From a candidate division WOR-3 bacterium (GTDB taxonomy: Bacteria > Hydrothermota > Tepidihabitantia > Tepidihabitantales > Tepidihabitantaceae): a stretch of DNA of 64,000 nt. The notes beneath the pieces are model-generated. The model did no database searches. It was not told the DNA's origin and saw only the letters and a program-made list of their open reading frames with translations. The position numbers and the translations under genes were made by a program. Shown here one piece after another: positions 57,457 through 64,000 of the stretch; position 1 is the stretch's first letter, and the number at the start of each line of letters is the position of its first letter. The DNA lies in the NCBI GenBank assembly GCA_965648905.1, contig CBFGIT010000001.1, positions 128,001 through 192,000 of the forward strand, in the 5' to 3' direction.

Positions 57457-59946
57457 ATGAACCAGGACGTATTTGGTCTCCTGCGGGCGATATTTGAGCT
57501 TGCTAGGGAGGCTCAAGAACCGTGGGTTCGCTACACACGACTTGCGCGCCGCCTGTATGGCTCGGACGAATACACCGATGCCGTGAAGGCCTGGGTTAGT
57601 ACACCCGACGTGTGCACGTTCGTTGTAGTCGCTCGCTGGGCGGTCAAACTGACCGAGGCCGGTATTCGAGTGGCCGCTGCCCCACCAGATGGACCTCCGC
57701 CCGGATCTGGTCCCGACGTGGCAGAAGTGGCAGCGGCGGTACTCAGTTATCAGGAAGGGTTGCGTGACATACGGTTCACGGTTGAAGAAGCGCACCGCGT
57801 GCAGCGTCACGCATCGGGCGGCGGCCGCGTTGTTCAGGCCCTGCTCGTTCAGGCATCCGATGAGCGCCTAGCGACGGGCACCCCCGTAAGGTACCGGGCG
57901 ACGGTGTCAGGTTGGACCACCGACGGCAAAATAGTGGGCCAAGAGCCGGACGGTGCAAGAGTGTACGCGGCGCTCAGGAGCGAAATTCTGCCGAACGACA
58001 TACCCGGTACGTTGACGGTCGACAGAGCCTTCCTGCTGCGCGGGCTTCAACAGCGTCTGGCTGCGCTGACGGAGATGCCACCTCTCGTCCGCAGTTTGCT
58101 TCAAGGTGCGCCCCACGGAGCGACCGGGTTGTCAGCGGACGACGCAATCGACCTTGCCGGCGGGCTTGCGCGGCTTGCAGCGCCTTGGGCTAGATTCCTA
58201 TGGGGGCCGCCCGGGGCAGGCAAGACCTACTGCATCGGCTCGCTGCTTGCCAAGCTGCTGCCTGACCATCCCGGTGAGCGACACTTGGTGGTGGCGCCCT
58301 CGAACCGGGCGGCCGACGTCGCAACCCTTGAGTTCCTCAAACACTGCGGGGCCGAGAATCTGCGCTCCATGATCAATGATCGTCGAATCCTACGATTCGG
58401 CTACCCTCGCATGAGCGACGTGATTGAGGACGCTCGTTTGCGCGGGCCGGTCGAACTCGACGAACTCGCGGACGAAGAGCAGAAGGTATCACGGCGACTA
58501 AGGGAGGCGGAGAAGGCTCACCAGTCCGAGGAGGATCTTTCCGCGTTGCGGGCCGAGATGCTGGACGTTCAGGAGAGGCTGCGCGAGGCCGTCCGACAAC
58601 ACGTGCAAGGCTGCTCGGTGGTCTTCACCACCAGTACAATGGCTTACCTGGTCTCTGAAAGCAATCCGGTCGCTGACCTCCAGTGGGACAGCGTGTTCGT
58701 TGACGAGGCGACGATGGTGCCACCGGCGCAGTGTGTCTACCTTGGATCACTCGCGACGCGCCGTTTCTTGCTCGCAGGTGACCCGCGGCAGCTCGGTCCG
58801 GTTTTCGAGTCCAAAGCAGCCACCGCTGCTACCGAGCAATGGTTGAAGCGGGACGTGTTTGAGACGACCGGTGTCATGCGCGGCGTAGGGGACGCGCATC
58901 TGGGTGACGGGCGTCTCACGCTCATCGACTCGCAGCGCCGCTGCAGTCGCGGCATATGGACACGGGTGCAGTCGCTGTACCCCAGTGTTGCGTGCAATGT
59001 CGATGACGCGGCCGTGCTGTGGATATCGAGACTACCGCCAAATCCGCACAGACCGGTCGTGCTGATGGATACGTCCGGAGACCAAGAGGCAATCTGCGAG
59101 AGGATACATGGAAGCTGGAGGAATGCGGGGACCGCGAAGCTCGCCATGGAAGTGGCCTGCGCTGCGATTGGGGAAGCCGAACGGACGTTACGAGTAGCCA
59201 TCATAAGCCCGTATCGCGCGCAGGTCCGGGAGCTGCGGAAAATGCTCCGCGAGGAGCTCAGAGCCGAGAATGAGGCGTACAACGGCATCGATGTTGGCAC
59301 GGTCCACCAGTTCCAGGGCAGCGAGGCCGATTATGTCATCTTCGACCCAGTGGACGGCCGGGGGCGACCGGGGCTGGGAGCACTCCTTGATGGACCCTCG
59401 GGGATGAGGCTCGTGAATGTAGCTGTCACGCGTGCTCGCGGCAAGGTCGTAATCATCGCCGATAGGACGTGGATGCGAAACGCGTTCACGAGTGAACAAA
59501 ACCAGTTGCTGTGGGACCTCACCGCGGGCAGCGGCACGGACGGCGTTCTCGTGGTCAACTCACCGAGCGGCGGCCCAGTGCAGCAACACACGGAGTCGCC
59601 TATCGAAAAACTGCTGCTCGATGCGATGCGCGAACACCCGGAACTTGATGGCATCAAGACGCAGCATCGTATACTGGACGAAGGCGGCGCTCTTGTGTCA
59701 AGGGCCGACTTCGCGTTCCCCGATATCAAGTACGCCGTGTACTGCGACGGGGCGCAGTGGCACCTGCGCGAAGCACGGTGGCAGCGCGACATCCGCCAGC
59801 GCAACAGGCTAACCAAGCTGGGGTGGGCATTCAGCGTGTTCACTGGCTCGGACGTGACCCGGCGTCCAGCAGAATGTGCTGAGGAAGTCCTGGATACGTA
59901 TCGTCGACTTCACGCCAGGCAAGAGGGCAATACAGATCCCGAATGA
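57457..59946 (+). CDS. SF1 (Upf1/DNA2-like) helicase with C-terminal Vsr/DUF559-like nuclease
   Basis: GPPGAGKT, APSNRAAD, VDEA, GDPRQL, ISPYRAQ, TVHQFQGSEAD, NVAVTRAR; ESPIE...ADFA...YCDGAQWH...D..RN..L...GW. Confidence 0.85.
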   Translation: MNQDVFGLLRAIFELAREAQEPWVRYTRLARRLYGSDEYTDAVKAWVSTPDVCTFVVVARWAVKLTEAGIRVAAAPPDGPPPGSGPDVAEVAAAVLSYQEGLRDIRFTVEEAHRVQRHASGGGRVVQALLVQASDERLATGTPVRYRATVSGWTTDGKIVGQEPDGARVYAALRSEILPNDIPGTLTVDRAFLLRGLQQRLAALTEMPPLVRSLLQGAPHGATGLSADDAIDLAGGLARLAAPWARFLWGPPGAGKTYCIGSLLAKLLPDHPGERHLVVAPSNRAADVATLEFLKHCGAENLRSMINDRRILRFGYPRMSDVIEDARLRGPVELDELADEEQKVSRRLREAEKAHQSEEDLSALRAEMLDVQERLREAVRQHVQGCSVVFTTSTMAYLVSESNPVADLQWDSVFVDEATMVPPAQCVYLGSLATRRFLLAGDPRQLGPVFESKAATAATEQWLKRDVFETTGVMRGVGDAHLGDGRLTLIDSQRRCSRGIWTRVQSLYPSVACNVDDAAVLWISRLPPNPHRPVVLMDTSGDQEAICERIHGSWRNAGTAKLAMEVACAAIGEAERTLRVAIISPYRAQVRELRKMLREELRAENEAYNGIDVGTVHQFQGSEADYVIFDPVDGRGRPGLGALLDGPSGMRLVNVAVTRARGKVVIIADRTWMRNAFTSEQNQLLWDLTAGSGTDGVLVVNSPSGGPVQQHTESPIEKLLLDAMREHPELDGIKTQHRILDEGGALVSRADFAFPDIKYAVYCDGAQWHLREARWQRDIRQRNRLTKLGWAFSVFTGSDVTRRPAECAEEVLDTYRRLHARQEGNTDPE

Positions 59947-59965
59947 CCACGCTGCAAGCGCGTCA

Positions 59966-60054
59966 TTCCACGACAAAGACGGACCGGTCAAGGCGTATCA
60001 GACATTCGGAACAGACCTGAACAGGCTGCTGGAAGAACTGAGCGAGGTGCTGGC
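59966..60054 (+). repeat. hsdR 3'-end-like remnant, direct-repeat copy 2
   Basis: Encodes FHDKDGPVKAYQTFGTDLNRLLEELSEVLA. Confidence 0.75.
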
Positions 60055-60074
60055 AGCACAGCTAAGGAGGTAAC

Positions 60075-61175
60075 GTGGAATTCATCTATGAAGTAGACCC
60101 CAAGGACATGAATCTGCGCCGGGCCAAGTCCATTGCCCTCTCCGATATCGGGGTCAAAGAGCGGCAGGATATGGAGCAGTGGATTGCCAGAAACCCCGAC
60201 GTCCTCGGCGAGCCGCTGCTGGTCATTACCACTGAGTTCGACAAGTTCGACAAGAGCTCGCGACGGCTCGACCTGCTCGCCCTGGACAAGACCGGAACAC
60301 TGGTCGTGGTCGAACTGAAGCTCGATGCTCGTGGTTCGCACGCTGATCTGCAGGCGATTCGATATGCGGCCTTCTGTTCAACCTTGACCGCAGAGCAGGT
60401 TGTGGGCATGCTTGCGCAGTTCACGAAGGTCAGCGATGAAGCCGCGAAGAAGAGCATGGAGCAGTTTCTCGATGACGACGCCGAGCTGCTGAAGAAACCG
60501 CCACGCATCATCCTGGCGGCCGGGTCTCTTGATGACCAAGAGCTCACAGCATCCGTGCTTTGGCTGCGTAACTTCGCGCTCGACATATCCTGCGTGGAGC
60601 TTACGCCATACCGGCTGGGTGACGGCAAGTTGGTGCTTGTCCCGAAGGTCATCATACCTTTGCCCGAGACAAAGGACTACCAAGTGATGGTCGAACAGAA
60701 GAAGGCGTCGGAGACGCGCAGGAACCAGAGTTCTCCTTATGCGGCGCTCTGGCAGAAGATCGCCGACGAGTTCAACCAGCTTAATGTGGTCGTTGCTGGA
60801 AGACGCTTCACCGCGACGCCAGGCGCTTGGCGATACTACTTCAAGGTCTTTCTGGGCCACAGCCACATTCACTACGAATGGAGTATCAGCAAGCGCGCGA
60901 AGCAGTTGAGAGCGTGCATCCACTTCGAGACATCTAACCAGCAAGAGAACTTCAGGTTGCTGCAACTCATAAAGGACAGCGAAAAGGAGATCGTACGCGG
61001 AGTAGCCTGGCCATTCGAAGCCGCACCATGGGGTGAAGCTTGGGCAGCCGCTTTCTTCTCCATCCAGTACTCTACGGACCCCAGCGACCTAAGCAAGGCT
61101 TCTGATGCCGCCCACGCAATGGCGCTACTGATCGAGCGAACTTGGCCTCTCATACAACCAGCAATCAACAAGTGA
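60075..61175 (+). CDS. NucS/EndoMS-like PD-(D/E)xK nuclease with DUF4268-like C-terminus
   Basis: ERQDMEQWI..NP..LGE.LL, RLDLLALD..G.LVVVELK, QAIRYAA; AAGGAGG RBS. Confidence 0.75.
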   Translation: MEFIYEVDPKDMNLRRAKSIALSDIGVKERQDMEQWIARNPDVLGEPLLVITTEFDKFDKSSRRLDLLALDKTGTLVVVELKLDARGSHADLQAIRYAAFCSTLTAEQVVGMLAQFTKVSDEAAKKSMEQFLDDDAELLKKPPRIILAAGSLDDQELTASVLWLRNFALDISCVELTPYRLGDGKLVLVPKVIIPLPETKDYQVMVEQKKASETRRNQSSPYAALWQKIADEFNQLNVVVAGRRFTATPGAWRYYFKVFLGHSHIHYEWSISKRAKQLRACIHFETSNQQENFRLLQLIKDSEKEIVRGVAWPFEAAPWGEAWAAAFFSIQYSTDPSDLSKASDAAHAMALLIERTWPLIQPAINK

Positions 61176-61270
61176 CTTCTTCTTTGGGTGAGAGATCGCG
61201 CGAGCTTCCTCCCGGCTGGGCGTGGACCACGCTGGGCGAGGCCCTGAGGGCAGGGCAGCGTAAACCTTGA
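61172..61270 (+). pseudogene. hsdS: N-terminal stub of type I specificity subunit HsdS
   Basis: GTG overlapping the upstream stop; ELPPGWAWTTLGE, then stop after 32 codons. Confidence 0.65.
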
Positions 61271-61586
61271 GGCTCATCTTGGCCCGCAATACCCGGGCTG
61301 TCCGCAGTGGGACTACGCTGTCGGGTACGGTTATGGCAACCAGCCTGACGGCGTGGCCTACGTCGAAGTACACCCTGCTTCTTCTTACGACGTGGATGCT
61401 GTCATCAGGAAGAAGTCCTGGCTCAAGAGCTGGTTGGACAGGAGTGCGCCGAGCTTGAACCGTCTGGTTCAGGGTGGCTTCTATTGGGTGGCAGTAGGGA
61501 GCGTCCGCTTCCGCGCCGGCACACCGCAGTACACCAGGCTGGCGCAGAACGGTATCATCCTCGGTCGAGTGGCCCGAATTGGCTAG
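61254..61586 (+). pseudogene. 5'-truncated hypothetical gene, possibly nuclease fold
   Basis: Frame stays open upstream of the track GTG (61353): GSVNLEAHL...QWDYAVGY...YVEVHPA...KKSWL; no convincing start. Confidence 0.4.
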
Positions 61587-61667
61587 GTGGCGAGCGAGGA
61601 CGCAGGCTTGCTTTGACCTGGTCAAGGTTGAGCAGAACCACCGGCGAAGTATACTGAAGAACACCGT

Positions 61668-62471
61668 ATGGCGCTGAACTCTACCATCGAGTGGACCCAA
61701 GCGACGTGGAACCCGGTTACCGGGTGTTCGCCCATCAGCGCCGGATGCGCGCACTGCTATGCTGAGCGGTTTGCCCTGCGACTTCAGGCCGCGGGTGTGC
61801 CGAAGTACCGGAACGGGTTCAAGGTGACGACGCACGCGCGGGAGCTTCTGACTCCTTTGTCGTGGCGCAAGCCGCACATGGTCTTCCTTTGCTCGATGGG
61901 CGACTTGTTCCACGAGTGCGTGCCGGCGGAATTCATCCGGCAGGTGTTCGACGTCATGGTCAGGTGCCGACAGCATGTTTTTCAAGTCCTCACCAAGCGG
62001 AGTTTCCGCCTGAAGGAGCTCGCCCCAGGCCTGCCGTGGCCGGAGAATGTCTGGATGGGCGTGACGGTTGAGGACAGCCGGTGCGTCAGCCGCATCGCCG
62101 ACCTGTGTGCCACAGGCGCGAAAGTCAGATTCCTGTCCTGCGAGCCGCTGATTGGCGATGTCGGGCATCTTCCGCTGGACGGCATTCACTGGGTGATCGT
62201 CGGCGGCGAGTCCGGCCCGGGCGCAAGGGTGATGCGCAAGGAATGGGTGCTGTCAATCAGGAACCAGTGCGAGCTGGCGGGCGTGCCGTTTTTCTTCAAG
62301 CAGTGGGGCGGCACCAGGAAGCACCTGAATGGCCGGTCCCTGGAGGGCAGGGACTACAGCAACATGCCGGAGGTCATGCCGGTGCCCACACCCGTGCACC
62401 GGGCTGCGATGTCGAGGCCTTCAACACTGGAACTGCCGCTGGCGGCCGGCGCAGTCCTCAGGCCGGGATGA
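61668..62471 (+). CDS. Phage Gp37/Gp68 (DUF5131) family protein
   Basis: IEWTQATWNPVTGC..ISAGCAHCYA, SMGDLFH, QVLTKR, SCEPL, VIVGGESG, FFKQWGG. Confidence 0.9.
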   Translation: MALNSTIEWTQATWNPVTGCSPISAGCAHCYAERFALRLQAAGVPKYRNGFKVTTHARELLTPLSWRKPHMVFLCSMGDLFHECVPAEFIRQVFDVMVRCRQHVFQVLTKRSFRLKELAPGLPWPENVWMGVTVEDSRCVSRIADLCATGAKVRFLSCEPLIGDVGHLPLDGIHWVIVGGESGPGARVMRKEWVLSIRNQCELAGVPFFFKQWGGTRKHLNGRSLEGRDYSNMPEVMPVPTPVHRAAMSRPSTLELPLAAGAVLRPG

Positions 62472-62692
62472 CAAGCGGGGGTGAACAGCGATGAACAGAG
62501 AGCGCGCTCATCGTTGGCGCACGGGTCGCGGGGCGGGGGATTATTCCGAAAGTGCTTGACCATACCCCGACGGGGGCTATCATTAGTCGCGTCTGGGATG
62601 AGTCGCCTGGCTTCTCGTCTCGGGGCTTTCAGCCCCGACCCAGTCGCCATATCTTTCGGAGTCTTGCTCGTCGACCTCTCGCGCGGATGATA

Positions 62693-62805
62693 TTGACACG
62701 ACGCGCTGCTGACGTACAATAGATGGGTATTAACTCCCGCCCTTGCTACGCAATGGCGGCCAATTACCACCCGGAGGTTGCTCTGCAACCTCCGGTTACT
62801 TTTTC
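62693..62805 (+). promoter_or_regulatory. Promoter, structured leader and intrinsic terminator upstream of the NYN gene
   Basis: TTGACA-N16-TACAAT (62693-62720); hairpin 62737-62759; 11-bp stem CCGGAGGTTGC-TCT-GCAACCTCCGG (62771-62795) followed by TTACTTTTT. Confidence 0.65.
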
Positions 62806-62820
62806 AGAGGAGGACCGGCA

Positions 62821-63363
62821 ATGGCAGACAGGGTGTCCATCTTCATGGACGGCAGCAACTTCTACCACGGGTGCCGCAATTCGCTGCCGCCAGGCACGAA
62901 CGTCGACTTCGCCCGATTCGCGCGTAAGCTCGTCGGAAATCGCCAGCTTGTACGCGTCTATTTCTATACCGCGGTTGTGCGGCGCGAGGATGGCGAGCAG
63001 CGCTACGCAGACCAGCAACGATTCATCGAAAGGCTCAACCATCTGGACTTCTTTCAGGTGAAGCTCGGACGTCTCATGCGACGTGGTGACACCGTTGTAG
63101 AGAAGGGCGTGGACGTGAACATCGCGGTTGACTTGCTGAAGTACGCAGTCTCAAACGCCTATGACACCGCGATTCTCGTGTCCGGCGACGGCGATTTCGC
63201 CACCGCTGTCGAGGCTGTCAAGGATTTGGGAAAGCATGTCGAGAACGCCTACTTTGAGACGGGGCGCTCACAGGAACTGCAGCGTGTCTGCGACCGGTTC
63301 ATCCGGCTCGACCCCGAGTATCTGCGTGAGTGCACCTTCGAGCCGCGTCAGCCACGAACGTAA
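62821..63363 (+). CDS. NYN-domain (LabA/DUF88, PIN-like) ribonuclease
   Basis: IFMDGSNFY, EKGVDVNIAVD, ILVSGDGDF; AGGAGG RBS before ATG 62821. Confidence 0.9.
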   Translation: MADRVSIFMDGSNFYHGCRNSLPPGTNVDFARFARKLVGNRQLVRVYFYTAVVRREDGEQRYADQQRFIERLNHLDFFQVKLGRLMRRGDTVVEKGVDVNIAVDLLKYAVSNAYDTAILVSGDGDFATAVEAVKDLGKHVENAYFETGRSQELQRVCDRFIRLDPEYLRECTFEPRQPRT

Positions 63364-63379
63364 TCCTGGCCGCGCGGTT

Positions 63380-63925
63380 GCATCAGGCGTACCGTGCACG
63401 ACCATTGGCGACCAAGCCCTGCTCAAGCCGCCGCTGCTCGCCCTGTTCTGCTCGGTCCGCTGTCCGGGCGAGCTGATACTCAGGCTGTTCGACCTGGCAA
63501 AGGAGTTGCGGGACAGAAAGGTCGGTGTTATCAGCGGGTTTCATGCGCCGATGGAAAAGGAGTGCCTCGACATCCTGCTGCGCGGCAAGGGGCTGGTTGT
63601 CTGGTGTCCGGCGCGGAGTATCGAGAAGCTGCGGCTGAAGTCGGACTACCGCAAGGCGGTCGAAGAGAAACGGCTGCTTATCCTGTCGCCGTTCCCGACC
63701 GGCCAGGGCCGGATTTCCGCAGCGCGGGCCCAAGTCCGCAACCGGTTTGTAGTGTCATTGGCCGAGCGTGTGTTTGTTGCCTATGCTGTGCCGGCCGGCA
63801 AGACCGAGGCACTTTGTCGTGAAGTCATCGCTTCAGGCAAGCCGCTTTTCACGTTCGACTCGCGCCATAACCAGAATCTGCTTTCACTTGGGGCGCGGGC
63901 CCTCGTTTCCAGCCAGGACCTCTAG
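63380..63925 (+). CDS. DprA/Smf (SLOG) Rossmann-fold protein; start uncertain
   Basis: IGDQALL...LALFCS..CPG, ISGFHAPMEKECL, RNRFV...A..VFVAYA..GKT; no in-frame ATG/GTG found between the NYN stop and the domain. Confidence 0.65.
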   Translation, partial: ASGVPCTTIGDQALLKPPLLALFCSVRCPGELILRLFDLAKELRDRKVGVISGFHAPMEKECLDILLRGKGLVVWCPARSIEKLRLKSDYRKAVEEKRLLILSPFPTGQGRISAARAQVRNRFVVSLAERVFVAYAVPAGKTEALCREVIASGKPLFTFDSRHNQNLLSLGARALVSSQDL

Positions 63926-64000
63926 CGAGTTTCGGCCAGGCGGACATCACAGTCACAACCCGAACACTTGTTCGCAGATTGCCTTGAGCACTTCCGGGTC

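Noticed and set aside
54460..64000. Intact prophage or integrative element around the capsid-like and Gp37/Gp68 genes
   Set aside because: No integrase, terminase, replication gene or att repeats recognised.

Overview
GC-rich bacterial window. The secreted proteins with FlgD-Ig/T9SS-like tails suggest an FCB-group or WOR-3-like lineage (inference only). (1) 1-15.9 kb: tightly packed minus-strand operon encoding a Zn-ribbon/beta-rich protein, a vWA membrane protein, a membrane protein, a tubulin/FtsZ-like GTPase (Tubulin_2 type), a Zn-ribbon-Ig-Hsp70 fusion, two membrane-anchored GrpE-like proteins (one with tandem GrpE-like modules, SH3 and PEGA domains) and a redoxin-fold/NPCBM protein. (2) 16-21.5 kb: RCK channel, a small minus-strand cluster (frameshifted CFI-box gene, unannotated 49-aa DnaJ-type Zn finger, Cys-rich peptide, YidD-like, YbjN-like) and an XRE regulator with a perfect 32-bp palindrome over its promoter. 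(3) 21.8-27.6 kb: two M28 peptidases, a secreted protein and a MetH activation-domain protein. (4) 27.6-39.9 kb: Wzx/Wzy/Wzc polysaccharide locus. (5) 39.9-54.4 kb: housekeeping genes (trxA, ArsR, amrS, cysS, tRNA-Ile, sppA, secA, mfd, tsaE, thiolase, crotonase) and an unannotated 21-aa Lys-rich ORF. (6) 54.4-64 kb: a stand-alone 124-aa gene resembling the rudivirus (SIRV) capsid protein, hicBA, an ECF-like sigma factor and a defence-like island built on type I R-M remnants (SF1 helicase-nuclease, NucS-like nuclease, DUF5131, NYN with a terminator-containing leader, DprA/SLOG). The best candidates for undescribed biology are the tubulin-Hsp70-GrpE-vWA operon and the SIRV-capsid-like gene. All family calls are by-eye motif recognition; no searches were run.
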